Shown here piece by piece: positions 30,956-39,724 of a stretch of 64,000 nt of DNA; the stretch's first letter is position 1; every line of letters begins with the position of its first letter. The notes below the pieces were generated by a model. It was not told the DNA's origin and ran no database searches. It saw only the letters and a program-made list of their open reading frames with translations. The position numbers and the translations under genes are program-made. The DNA is from an uncultured bacterium (GTDB taxonomy: Bacteria; Actinomycetota; Acidimicrobiia; Acidimicrobiales; VFJN01): positions 233,108-297,107 of the forward strand of contig CAVQVM010000011.1 in the NCBI GenBank assembly GCA_963717085.1, in the 5' to 3' direction.

Positions 30956-31290
30956 GGTGATCCTCCCTCACTCTGGATCGCATCGGGTGCTTCGGTGGTT
31001 CCGGTGGGGGGTTCAGCGTCGAGCTCGGCGAGGAGCTCGGCGCCCGACACGACGCGCTCGGCGAAGTGTCGATGCATCCACGCCAGGTGGTCGTGACGGC
31101 TGTGCATGATCCGCAACGTGTCCCAGTTGGGGAACGTCTGCTGGAGCACCCACCGCTCCATCAGGCGGGGATCGACCTCGTAGACGTGCTCGAAGCGGGT
31201 GATCGCCACGTCGCTCGCCCGCGCCGCCGGCGGCGGCGTCGTCTGCTCGGCGTGGCGGTAGCCGATCGGGCCGTTCGGGCCGGCCATCAC
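30952..31290 (-). CDS. Hypothetical His-rich small protein
   Basis: 112 aa, ATGA-coupled on both sides inside the operon. Contains MHSRHDHLAWMHRHF. No family recognised. Confidence 0.55.
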   Translation of the reverse strand: MMAGPNGPIGYRHAEQTTPPPAARASDVAITRFEHVYEVDPRLMERWVLQQTFPNWDTLRIMHSRHDHLAWMHRHFAERVVSGAELLAELDAEPPTGTTEAPDAIQSEGGSP

Positions 31291-32795
31291 CGACCACCTC
31301 CCTCATACGCCCTGTCGAGGCCGTACTTGCCGGGGTTCATGATGTTGTTCGGGTCGAGCAACCGCTTGACGTCGAGCATCACGCCGTAGCCGCGCCCGAG
31401 CTCCTCGGGCACCAGATCGACCTCGCCCTCCCGGCACGACCCGTGGCAGGCACTGATCGAGCCGCGGTAGCGCAGCGTCACCGCTGCGATGTCCCGCTTG
31501 GCCTGCACCCACAGCCGCCATGCCTCCTCACCGAGCTGCTGCTCCCAGATCCCGACGTCGATCTCGGTGAGGTAGTCGATGCCGGTCGCCCCGTTGGTGT
31601 AGGCGAACATCCCCCAGTCGTCGAAGACGTCGGTGCGCCGACGCAGCTCGGTGACAATGGCGTGCCACTCCCGCGTGACGGCGGGCAGGTTGGTGTGGCT
31701 GATCGAGGCGTCCTCGCAGTGCCAGCTCATCGGCACGACCTGACCCGAGCGGGTGCGACCGTGCAGCGGCGTCGCGTAGCGGTCGTGGCGCGCGGCCCAG
31801 TCGCCCTCGGAGATCTCGTCGCCGAGGTAGCGTCCGCCGTGCTCGCGGGCGATGCGCAGGAGGCGCTTGCCGCCGACGCGCACCTCGTCCTCCCACCCGT
31901 ACAGCGCCGTGCACACCAGCGCCTTCACGTCCGATGGCTGGGGGATGTAGGCCTCGTCATCGCGGCGCAGGTAGGCGACCTTCCACTCGTCGAACAGCAC
32001 GGCCCCGGCGAAGGTGGCGACGCCGGCCCGGGCGAGCGCGCCGACGCAGCGGTGGGCGCTGTCGTAGTCACTGAAGGCGAAGAACGGCGACAGCTCCGCC
32101 TCCGGCTTCGGGAACAGCTTGAGCGTCGCCCGGGTGGCGATCCCGAGCGTGCCCTGGTGACCCATGAACAGGTGCTTGAGCTGGTAGCCGCTCGAGCTGC
32201 GGGTGATGTTTCCGCCGATGCCGTCGCCGACGTGCATCACCTCGCCCGTCGGCAGGACGTGGTCGAAGCTGAGCACGAGGTCGCGGGTGTGCCCGTAGCG
32301 CGACCCGATCAGCGACCAGCCGCTCGTGCCGATCCGCCCCCCGACGAGGGAGCACGGGTACGACGCCGGGTTGTCCGGGTAGATCAGCCCGTGCCGGCCG
32401 AGGACCTCGTTGAGCTTGAGCATGTTGATGCCGACGCCGACGGTGCAGGTGCGGTTGTCGAGGTCGATCTCGTGGATCTGGTTCATCCGCTTGACGTCGA
32501 CGAGGATCCCGTGGCGCAGCGGCACGGCGCCGTCGGTCAGCCCCGTGCCGCCGTCGCGGGGCACGATCGGCACGGCCAGCTCGTTGGCGAGGCGGACGAC
32601 TGTGACGACGTCGTCGGTCGACTCGGGCAGCACGACGACGTCGGGGACGTGCTCGGACCACCGGTGCACCGGGAACGGGGCGGGCGTTCTCGCCCGGTTG
32701 AATCGGTCGGCCTTCGATGTCAGCACCTGGTCGGCGCGCAGGACGCCCTGCAGCCGGCTGACGAGGTGGTCGAGAGCGTCGGCGGTGAGGCTCAT
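31287..32795 (-). CDS. FAD-binding oxidoreductase (GlcD / FAD_binding_4 family)
   Basis: VVLPESTDDVVTVVRLANELAVPIVPRDGGTGLTDGAVPLRHGILVDVKRMNQI. 502 aa. Confidence 0.88.
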   Translation of the reverse strand: MSLTADALDHLVSRLQGVLRADQVLTSKADRFNRARTPAPFPVHRWSEHVPDVVVLPESTDDVVTVVRLANELAVPIVPRDGGTGLTDGAVPLRHGILVDVKRMNQIHEIDLDNRTCTVGVGINMLKLNEVLGRHGLIYPDNPASYPCSLVGGRIGTSGWSLIGSRYGHTRDLVLSFDHVLPTGEVMHVGDGIGGNITRSSSGYQLKHLFMGHQGTLGIATRATLKLFPKPEAELSPFFAFSDYDSAHRCVGALARAGVATFAGAVLFDEWKVAYLRRDDEAYIPQPSDVKALVCTALYGWEDEVRVGGKRLLRIAREHGGRYLGDEISEGDWAARHDRYATPLHGRTRSGQVVPMSWHCEDASISHTNLPAVTREWHAIVTELRRRTDVFDDWGMFAYTNGATGIDYLTEIDVGIWEQQLGEEAWRLWVQAKRDIAAVTLRYRGSISACHGSCREGEVDLVPEELGRGYGVMLDVKRLLDPNNIMNPGKYGLDRAYEGGGR

Positions 32796-32926
32796 TGCTT
32801 CCCGCTCTTGCTGCTTCGCAGCGGGCCGCTCGGGCTGTCGACGTGTTTTCTCCCGCTCCCACGGCCGCTCGGGCCGGGCTCGCTCTCACCTTGCTTCCCC
32901 GTCACCCTCGACGGACGCTCGCTCAT
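32792..32926 (-). repeat. Intercistronic dispersed repeat (copy A) containing a 44-codon mini-ORF ATGA-coupled to both neighbours
   Basis: The Fe-S gene TGA (32925-32923) overlaps ATG 32926. The mini-ORF (MSERPSRVTGKQGESEPGPSGRGSGRKHVDSPSGPLRSSKSGKQ) has a TGA (32794-32792) that overlaps the FAD-oxidase ATG 32795. Its 3' 45 nt are 43/45 identical to copy B. Confidence 0.8.
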
Positions 32927-34263
32927 CGCCCGGTGCCCGCGTCGCCGCCGACGTCGATCCCCAGCGACTCGGCGAGCAGCTCGTGGAGGTCGACGACGTC
33001 GATGCTCGCCTCGGCGCCCGCCGCGGTGAGCGGGCGCTCGGACCACGGGCAGGCGCTGACGAGCGTGTCGACGTCGAGCGTTGCGGCGTGCTCGATGCGC
33101 CGGGCGCTGATCGCAGCAGTCAGCTCCGGCTTCTCGATGGCCAGCCCGCCGCCGGCACCCGAGCAGTACGACCACTGGGTGACCCGGTCGACGTCGTGGA
33201 AGGTCAGCCCGGGGATGGCCCGCAGGATCTCGCGCGGCTCGCGCCAGATCCCCTTGCGCTTGTTCAGCCGGCACGGGTCGTGATACGTGACGGTGCGCTC
33301 GATCGGGACGTCGGGGCGCAGCCGGCCGTCGCCCAGCATCTCGGCGAACAGCTCGACGACGAGCACGACCTCGATGTCGAAGTCGTCGCCGAAGTAGCGC
33401 GGGTAGTCCTCGGTGAAGCTGATGTAGTCGTGGGGGTCGAGCACGAGCACCCGGCGGGCGCCAGTGGCGCGCCAATCGGCGAGGTTGTGCTCGGCGAAGC
33501 GGCGGGCCTGGTCGGTGTAGCCCATCTCGGCTGCCGGGCCGCCACAGCACCACTGCTCTGCCATCAGCCCGAACTCGTAGCCGGCGCGCTGGAGGATCTG
33601 GGCCACCGCCCGCGGCACCGAGGTGCGGTAGAAAGCGGCCTCGCAGTCGACGAACAGGATCGACTCGCCGCCGATCGGCAGGTCGAGGCCGTCGGCCCAG
33701 TCGCGGACGTGCTCCTGGCTCACCGGCGTGTCGCCAAGCACGGGCTCGTGGGTTCGCTCGCCGGTCGACGCGTTCCAGCGCTGCCACGCCGGCTGGTGGA
33801 CGCCCTCGTCGACGGCGAGCGCGCGCATCGCCTTGACGACGTCGACGGTACGGGTGCGGAAGCGGTAGAAGTCCCCGGTGAACAGCGTGTTCGGGCAGCG
33901 GAGCTCGCACGCCCCGCACTGCGTGCAGTTGACGTAGTCGGCGGCCACGTCGGCCACGTCGAGGTGGCCGCGCTCCATCGCCACGACGTTGGCGTGGAAC
34001 GCCGTCGGCGACCACGACTCGTTGCGCGTGACCTGCACGACCGGGCACACCTCGCGGCAGAACTTGTGGCCGGAGGAGAAGCAGTTGTAGGAGCCGTTGT
34101 GCCACTCTGCGAGGAACTCCACCGTGCGCTCGTCGCGTCCCGGCGCCGCCGGCGGGGCGACCGCCACGGTGTCCGGCTGGGCGTCCCACGGCTCGCCGCC
34201 GTCCCCCGATCCGGGCGTGTACGGCTCGGCCAACGACCGTCGCTGGTCGTCCGTCTCCGTCAT
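32923..34263 (-). CDS. (Fe-S)-binding protein, GlcF/HdrD-like with CCG domains
   Basis: Ferredoxin-type CTQCGACELRCPN plus Cys-rich CCG-type motifs (FVDCEAAFY, YHDPCRL). I prefer ATG 34263 (MTETDDQ) over the TTG at 34287. Confidence 0.85.
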   Translation of the reverse strand: MTETDDQRRSLAEPYTPGSGDGGEPWDAQPDTVAVAPPAAPGRDERTVEFLAEWHNGSYNCFSSGHKFCREVCPVVQVTRNESWSPTAFHANVVAMERGHLDVADVAADYVNCTQCGACELRCPNTLFTGDFYRFRTRTVDVVKAMRALAVDEGVHQPAWQRWNASTGERTHEPVLGDTPVSQEHVRDWADGLDLPIGGESILFVDCEAAFYRTSVPRAVAQILQRAGYEFGLMAEQWCCGGPAAEMGYTDQARRFAEHNLADWRATGARRVLVLDPHDYISFTEDYPRYFGDDFDIEVVLVVELFAEMLGDGRLRPDVPIERTVTYHDPCRLNKRKGIWREPREILRAIPGLTFHDVDRVTQWSYCSGAGGGLAIEKPELTAAISARRIEHAATLDVDTLVSACPWSERPLTAAGAEASIDVVDLHELLAESLGIDVGGDAGTGR

Positions 34264-34558
34264 GTGCCCCGAACCCCTCGAGAGCAAGACGAGCCGACCG
34301 AGCGCCAGCCCGCGCCCGCCACGGTAGCCCGTCGTCCGTGGCGGCGCGATGGCCTCCTACGGCGGTTCGGGTCGGCACTTGTGGCCCCGCCTAAACGGGG
34401 ATCGGGGTCACGGCGCCCGGAGGTCAGGCGCCACTCCCCACGCCGAGGTGACCTACAAGCCGGGATCCAGTGGTCGCGGTGCCGCTGTCAGTTGCTTCGT
34501 GCCCGCAGATAGCGGAACAGAAACCGCCAGGAACCGGCCGAACGGGCCGCCGGGTGTA

Positions 34559-35431
34559 CTATGGGTCGGCGATGGGGCGGTCGGCTGACCACAGGTGGTA
34601 GCCATCCGCTGGGTCGCCGGCCGTATGGGTGGCGTACCACAGCCGGAGGCGGCCGTCGCTCAGGTGCATCGCGCTGGGGCTCTGTACCCGGCCGGAGTCA
34701 TCGCCGACATCTCCGGGTGCGAGAGTCGTGCCTCGCAGGTCCCAGGTCACACCATCGTCGGAAGTGGCCATGTCGATGACGGCGCGGGCGCCGGCTTCGC
34801 TGACATAGAACATGGTGAATTGCCGGTGGCGCACGAGGACCCAGGGCTCGGAGACCGCCACCTCGTCGCGAGCGGGCTCGAGCACCGGTCCGACGCGGTC
34901 CCACGACGCACCGTTCGGGGACACTGCTGCCATGATCGCCGCCCGCCGGCCGTTGTCCGAGCCGTCGTAGCCGGAGTAGAAGAGCCACCACCGCTCGCCG
35001 GTCACAACAAGGCAGGGATGGGTGGCGCCGATCGCGTCGGGCTCGCCCCGCTGCATGAACGTGCCTTGTGCCTGCCATCGGTGACCGTCTACCGACGTGG
35101 CCATGTGGAGACGGGTGTCGGCCCCGTCGGAGCCGGCGTAGGCCATCAGGTAGCCGACGGGTGTGCGCACGACCGAGGGTGCTTCGACTCCGAACGCGTC
35201 ACTGTCCCCCGAGGAACCGGCGTCGATGCTGATCCCCAGGCGGCGCCAGGGCCGCCCGGGCTCCTGCACCGCCTCGAGGATCCGCCCGGTCGAGCCGTCG
35301 TGACCCGAGTACCACATCCGTAGCGTTCCGTCGTCGGCTTCGAGCAGCGAGGGCCGGAACGACCGGAGGCGGTCGAGGTCGGCCCAGGGGCCCGAGCCGG
35401 TGAGGACCACGCCGTGGCAAGTCCAGGACAT
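34559..35431 (-). CDS. Five-bladed beta-propeller glycoside-hydrolase-like protein (GH43/32/68/130 superfamily look)
   Basis: Start MSWTCHGVVL (ATG 35431). Recurrent blade motif: MWYSGHDG, LMAYAGSDG, LFYSGYDG, MFYVSEAG, LWYATHTAG. Confidence 0.6.
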   Translation of the reverse strand: MSWTCHGVVLTGSGPWADLDRLRSFRPSLLEADDGTLRMWYSGHDGSTGRILEAVQEPGRPWRRLGISIDAGSSGDSDAFGVEAPSVVRTPVGYLMAYAGSDGADTRLHMATSVDGHRWQAQGTFMQRGEPDAIGATHPCLVVTGERWWLFYSGYDGSDNGRRAAIMAAVSPNGASWDRVGPVLEPARDEVAVSEPWVLVRHRQFTMFYVSEAGARAVIDMATSDDGVTWDLRGTTLAPGDVGDDSGRVQSPSAMHLSDGRLRLWYATHTAGDPADGYHLWSADRPIADP

Positions 35432-35444
35432 GGCGACGCTCACG

Positions 35445-36212
35445 CTACCCAGCGGGAGGGTCGTGATCGCCCGGCCGCGGCCACCAGGACACTCCCGGCA
35501 TCGCCAGCACCGACGGCGGCGATCGGTGCAACGCCGGCGTAGCGCCTGATCGAACGATGCGTGGGCGCATCGGTTCGGGTGGCGGTACCGGCTCGGGTGG
35601 CGGGACCGGCTCGGGTGGCGGGACCGGCTCGGGTGGCCACGATTCGGCCAGGGGCGACGATTCTCGTTCGGCCGGCGTGGGCAGCGTGCTTCGGTCGTTG
35701 CCTGTCGTGTGGTGCTGGCCCTCGCGAACGATTGAGAGCGCAACCCGGCCCCTTGGGGTCGGGGCGCGGCGAGGCCCGGTTCTGGTGGGCTCGCCCGACA
35801 CCGCTCTGTCCCCCAGGTAGGCGATGGCTCGCTCCAGGAGCCGAACGCCGCGGCGGGTCGTGCCGTCGTTGGACGGGTGGCGCGCTTGGGAGCGTCCGAG
35901 ACGCAAGGCGTGGGTCATGGTGTCGGGATCGTGACCCGCCGTGCGTGCGAGCGCGAGCGCCTGGTCGGGCAGGTGGAGGCGGCCGGGGCCAGCCAGCTGG
36001 AGGCTGCGCTGCCACACGCGCTGCGCGACCTCCAACCCCGCGCGGCGGGCAGAAGGCGTCGATCTCGGATCGGAACCAGCGCGGGAATGGCCGGGGACTG
36101 GCGTCGATCCGTCGGTCGTCACGACGCGCGGCCGGTCCAGCTGCGGGGGGTTACCTCGTTCGGGTCTACATCCCGACCGAACAGCGCGGCTCGACAAGGT
36201 GGGCAGACCCAC
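35445..36212 (-). CDS. Hypothetical protein with (PEPVPP)n repeat; start undefined
   Basis: Third-position GC is high in this frame from about 36060 downward. The central part looks globular (RLLERAIAYLGDRAV). The stop lies 13 nt before the downstream propeller gene. May be joined to 36119-36439 by a frameshift. Confidence 0.3.
   Translation of the reverse strand: MGLPTLSSRAVRSGCRPERGNPPQLDRPRVVTTDGSTPVPGHSRAGSDPRSTPSARRAGLEVAQRVWQRSLQLAGPGRLHLPDQALALARTAGHDPDTMTHALRLGRSQARHPSNDGTTRRGVRLLERAIAYLGDRAVSGEPTRTGPRRAPTPRGRVALSIVREGQHHTTGNDRSTLPTPAERESSPLAESWPPEPVPPPEPVPPPEPVPPPEPMRPRIVRSGATPALHRSPPSVLAMPGVSWWPRPGDHDPPAG
35571..35640. repeat. 18-bp tandem repeat, about 3.8 copies (CGGCTCGGGTGGCGGGAC)
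   Basis: Units at 35571, 35589, 35607 and 35625. Encodes PEPVPP repeats on the minus strand. Confidence 0.9.
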
Positions 36213-36439
36213 CAGTCCGGCATAGCCGGCGCGTAGAGAGTGGGATCACCCTCGAACATCAAGCGGCACCGCCCGCACTGTCGAGGCGGTGGTTCAGCAT
36301 CGCCGGGCGCCTGCTGGGCGTGGGACTCGACCAGTGCGCGCTCGGCGCCTGCCAATAGCGCCACCCGAGGCCACCGCCGACGATCACGGGGAGCCAGGAT
36401 CTCCATGGTGAGTTCCATCCTCTGCGGCTGGACACTCAC
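36119..36439 (-). CDS. Hypothetical protein with CxxC...CxxC zinc-ribbon-like pair
   Basis: 106-aa ORF with QCGRCRLMFEGDPTLYAPAMPDWWVCPPCRAALFG. Overlaps the 5' end of ORF 35445-36212 in another frame. Confidence 0.3.
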   Translation of the reverse strand: MSVQPQRMELTMEILAPRDRRRWPRVALLAGAERALVESHAQQAPGDAEPPPRQCGRCRLMFEGDPTLYAPAMPDWWVCPPCRAALFGRDVDPNEVTPRSWTGRAS

Positions 36440-36524
36440 CGTCGACGACAGCCAGTTCCAGCACCTGCCGCAGAGGCTACACAGATGAGCCCTAAGACAT
36501 GCAATCTGTTTCTGGAATAGAGAT

Positions 36525-36530
36525 TATAGT
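36525..36530 (+). promoter_or_regulatory. -10-like hexamer TATAGT placed for a leaderless transcript
   Basis: TATAGT ends 6 nt before ATG 36537, in a locally AT-rich stretch (TTCTGGAATAGAGATTATAGT). No SD is present. Confidence 0.3.
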
Positions 36531-36536
36531 GTCGTC

Positions 36537-36878
36537 ATGGGAGGTTGGAGCTTCCTCACGAACCACGCCCGGACCCTGCTGTGCATCGCCGCCGATCCCG
36601 GAGCGCGCCTCCGCGACATCGCCACCACCGTGGGTATCACCGAGCGCAGAGCCCACGCCATCGTCAACGACCTCGTGGACGCCGGCTACGTGGTCAAGGA
36701 CCGCAATGGTCGTCGCAACCAGTACCGGATCCAGGCCGACCTGCCGCTCCGGGACCCGATCAACCGTCAACGCACCATCGGCGAGCTGCTCGACCTGCTC
36801 GTCGGCAGCGACGAACCCCGCGAAGGGATCAGCCCGAGGGACCGACGACCGCTGACCAAGGCCGCCGAGAGGCGCTGA
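36537..36878 (+). CDS. Winged-helix (ArsR/MarR-like) HTH transcriptional regulator
   Basis: LTNHARTLLCIAADPGARLRDIATTVGITERRAHAIVNDLVDAGYVVKDRNGRRNQY. Confidence 0.7.
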   Translation: MGGWSFLTNHARTLLCIAADPGARLRDIATTVGITERRAHAIVNDLVDAGYVVKDRNGRRNQYRIQADLPLRDPINRQRTIGELLDLLVGSDEPREGISPRDRRPLTKAAERR

Positions 36879-36995
36879 TCAACCGCACAGCCGTGCGACA
36901 CTCGTGCTGAGCGCCTCGGCACCCCGAGGGTGGCCTGCACCAAACGTCGACTTGGAGCGCGACCGTTGGTGAGTCGGTGATCCAAATCCGACTGC

Positions 36996-37199
36996 TCAAC
37001 CTGTCTGGCTGTAGGACTCGAAGGTGTCGGGGTCCGGTCGGAGGAGGGTACGGTCGCCCTTGCCGCCAACCGCGAGACCGATCACCTCGTGGCTGCCATC
37101 CTCGTTCTCCACAAGAGCCCAGACGACGACCGGGAAGGTGCCCCGCGAGGTCTGCATCTTGGCGCCATGCAGCGCAGGTGCGAGCTGCAAGATCTTCAT
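36996..37199 (-). CDS. Hypothetical small protein
   Basis: 67 codons from ATG 37199 (MKILQLAPALHGAKMQTSRGTFPVVVWALVENEDGSHEVIGLAVGG...). High third-position GC; no family. Confidence 0.35.
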   Translation of the reverse strand: MKILQLAPALHGAKMQTSRGTFPVVVWALVENEDGSHEVIGLAVGGKGDRTLLRPDPDTFESYSQTG

Positions 37200-37368
37200 G
37201 GACGCCACGGTAGACGTGGCCGCCGTCACCGGACGCAGAAACCACGGCCCCCCGCAGGCAACAGCCAGCGGATGACGAACCAAGGGGGCGAGGTCCCTCG
37301 CAGCTTCTAGCGGGCCAAACCAGCAAGGCCCTGACCCGGACCGGAAGTGGTGGCAGGAGTTGTGGTGA

Positions 37369-37539
37369 CCGGCGCAGATCGCCCGGCCTTGGCGTGTCGA
37401 GTTCCCTGACGACCCGCTGATGTGGGTGAGCCATGAGACGATCTACCAGACGTTGTTCGTGCGGGTCCCCGGCGAGCTACGCCGGCGAGCAGGTCACGGA
37501 GGGCGCGTTCGGGGTGCCGATTCGAAAATATGGTGGTGA
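37369..37539 (+). pseudogene. IS30-family transposase remnant (internal fragment only)
   Basis: Translates to PAQIARPWRVEFPDDPLMWVSHETIYQTLFVRVPGELRRR. That matches the conserved IS30 segment (..QIA...FPDDP.M.VSHETIY..L..Q..G.L...L). It has no DDE domain, no start and no inverted repeats. Confidence 0.6.
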
Positions 37540-38498
37540 TGAACCGGCGTGAGTTTCTGGCCGCGGGGGTGGGGCTGGTCGGCGCCACGGCGACTGCCGG
37601 CACGTTGGCCGGTGCGGTGTGGCCGCTGCTGTCGCGCGAGGACCTCTTGCCCGGCGAGGCGCCGGACGTGCAGCTCAGGCCCCATGCCTGGCAGACGGCG
37701 GACGACCGGTTGTCGTTCGTGGCGCTGGGCGACAACGGCAGCGGTGGCCGCCAGGCGCTGGCGGTCGCCGAGCGCATGGCCTTCACCTACCAGACGGCGC
37801 CGTACGGTCTGGTCGCCCTGCTGGGCGACATCTGCTACTACGGCAACTTTCGGCGCCGGTTCGACACTGTGTTCCGGCGTCCGCTCGGACCTCTCATCGA
37901 CGCGGGGGTGGGCTTCGAGCTCGCGATCGGCAACCACGACAACGCGGTCCACTTCAGCAACCACGGGTTGAGCGCCATCGAGGCCGAGCTCGAGCTGCTG
38001 GGCACGCCGGGTCGTTACTACACGACGAGCCAAGGCCCGGTGGACTTCTTCTTCCTCGACTCCAGCATCCCCGGCCTGTACGGGCCGAGAGCGCCCGAGC
38101 AGCTGAACTGGCTCGACGACGCCCTGGCCAGCTCTGCCAACCAGTGGAAGGTGGTGGCCTTGCATCACCCTCCCTACTCGTCCGGCCACCACGGCAGCAC
38201 GCCAGGCGCCCAGGAGCGTCTGGTGCCCCTCCTGAGCCGCCACCATGTCGACCTGGTCCTCAGCGGGCACGACCACGACTACGAGCGCATCGAGCCCCAG
38301 CACGGCGTCACGTACGTGGTGAGCGGCGGCGGCTGCAAGACCACCCGGGTGGGTCGCAGCGCGTTCACGGCAGTGGCCGAGCGCACGCTGCAGTTCCTCC
38401 ACGTCGAGGTCGTGGACGACCGCATGACGGCGACGTGCGTTCGGGAGGACGGGTCGGTGGCCGACCGGTTCAGGCTGCGAGCCCGGGAGGGGTCCTGA
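37530..38498 (+). CDS. Metallophosphoesterase (purple-acid-phosphatase-like) with twin-arginine signal
   Basis: TAT-type N-terminus NRREFLAAGVGLVGATA. Motifs GDNGSGG, GDICY, GNHD, LHHPPYSSGHHG, SGHDHDYER. Confidence 0.85.
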   Translation: MVVMNRREFLAAGVGLVGATATAGTLAGAVWPLLSREDLLPGEAPDVQLRPHAWQTADDRLSFVALGDNGSGGRQALAVAERMAFTYQTAPYGLVALLGDICYYGNFRRRFDTVFRRPLGPLIDAGVGFELAIGNHDNAVHFSNHGLSAIEAELELLGTPGRYYTTSQGPVDFFFLDSSIPGLYGPRAPEQLNWLDDALASSANQWKVVALHHPPYSSGHHGSTPGAQERLVPLLSRHHVDLVLSGHDHDYERIEPQHGVTYVVSGGGCKTTRVGRSAFTAVAERTLQFLHVEVVDDRMTATCVREDGSVADRFRLRAREGS

Positions 38499-38521
38499 GC
38501 GGCCGGGCCACCGACGCCGCC

Positions 38522-38965
38522 GTGGCCGCGGGCTTCGCGCTTGCCGGCTTCGTGGTCATCCTCGTCCCGGCCGTCGCCGTGCGCTCCGAGGTGTTGAACG
38601 CCGGCGTCGGCAGCATGGACGACGACGTCCTGGCGGCCAGCGCCGCCATGGGCGCCGTGCACATGGTCCTGGCGTGGAGGCGGCTGCGCGACGAGGAACG
38701 GATCGCCGCCCGCCGGCTGCACCTCTGGATCGCCGCGCTCAACGCGCTCGTCGTCCTTGCCTTGAGCGCATCCGTCTTGCTGCTGCTCGTCCTCTACTGG
38801 TTCCCCGACGAGCACGCCTCGCTCGCCAATCGTGGCTTCCCGGTGTTCCTCCTGTGGGCGGGGGTTCAGGGCGTGGCAATCCTCCTGGCCGAGGCGACGG
38901 CCCGTTTCGTCTTCTGGTGGCTCGAACCGCACGGACCCTCGACGCCCGGCCCATCCCCCCCGTGA
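38522..38965 (+). CDS. Integral membrane protein, unknown family
   Basis: Tail of ORF 37619-38965 with four hydrophobic helices. The GTG at 38522 is in frame just after the phosphoesterase stop. Start uncertain. Confidence 0.45.
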   Translation: MAAGFALAGFVVILVPAVAVRSEVLNAGVGSMDDDVLAASAAMGAVHMVLAWRRLRDEERIAARRLHLWIAALNALVVLALSASVLLLLVLYWFPDEHASLANRGFPVFLLWAGVQGVAILLAEATARFVFWWLEPHGPSTPGPSPP

Positions 38966-39225
38966 CGCCTGTCGTTTCAACGTCGAGTTGGCGCTGATCG
39001 ATGGCCCGCGACCAGAACTCGCGTGGCTCTTCCCACAGGATCCAGGAAACGAGGCGAAGCCAGGTCACTCGCGTAACTCGACGGGCGAGGCGCGGATCGG
39101 GGCATATGGCCAGGTCACGGCGCAGATACGACCTATCACCGGGTCCGGTCATCAGGTCACCTCGCCCCGGGTCGTCCACCCCAGAGCGCCGGCCGTGTGG
39201 CGCTCATGCCATGGCCCGACGCGAC

Positions 39226-39253
39226 GGAGCCGCCGGTTGGGACCGGCGGCTCC
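39226..39253 (-). terminator. GC-rich hairpin downstream of the cold-shock gene
   Basis: GGAGCCGCCGG-TTGGGA-CCGGCGGCTCC is a perfect 11-bp stem, 23 nt past the csp stop. It has no U-tract. Confidence 0.45.
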
Positions 39254-39275
39254 AGGGTGGTGCAGATGGAGCGCG

Positions 39276-39476
39276 TCAGATGACGCGTACGTTCTGCGCT
39301 TCCTCACCCTTGCGACCGGGGGCGACGTCGAATTCGACGCGCTGCCCCTCGTCGAGGGATCGGTAGCCGTTCCCCTGGATGTTCGAGTAGTGAACGAAAA
39401 CGTCGTCAGCGCCTTCGCGAGAGATGAAGCCGAAGCCCTTCTCGGCGTTGAAGAACTTCACAGTTCCAGTTGTCAC
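39276..39476 (-). CDS. cspA: Cold-shock protein (CspA family)
   Basis: GTG 39476. [34 protein letters not shown] contains the RNP1/RNP2 motifs. 66 aa. The long ORF to 40067 is an upstream shadow extension. Confidence 0.92.
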   Translation of the reverse strand: MTTGTVKFFNAEKGFGFISREGADDVFVHYSNIQGNGYRSLDEGQRVEFDVAPGRKGEEAQNVRVI

Positions 39477-39724
39477 AGATTTGCTCTTCTCACTTTTGCC
39501 GGCCGTCCTTGTGACGACCCGATCCACGATGCTACCCGTCGATCGTGCAATTGAGCGCCGTGGAGCTCGCAAGCCCCTTGTTAGCCGGGCACCGCAGCGG
39601 TTTCTGTAGGGAGCCACAGACGGGGCGGGACGCCAGCAGCCACTGCACGAGCGGACGCGAGTTGGCGATCCGCTCGGACGGATCGACCGCGGATGTTGCC
39701 GGCTAGGCCTGGCCGATGGTCTCG

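Noticed and set aside
35571-35640. The 18-bp PEPVPP repeat as a fourth member of the GCCCGAGCGGCC repeat family.
   Set aside because: It shares only a short GC-rich core (CCCGAGCC versus CCCGAGCGG). It lacks the conserved 45-nt module and lies inside an ORF rather than between genes.
38739-39179. A 146-aa minus-strand ORF in the AT-richer gap before csp.
   Set aside because: It overlaps the 3' end of the membrane-protein gene, has no recognisable family, and its composition is partly nonsense. The gap is more likely csp-downstream and terminator sequence.
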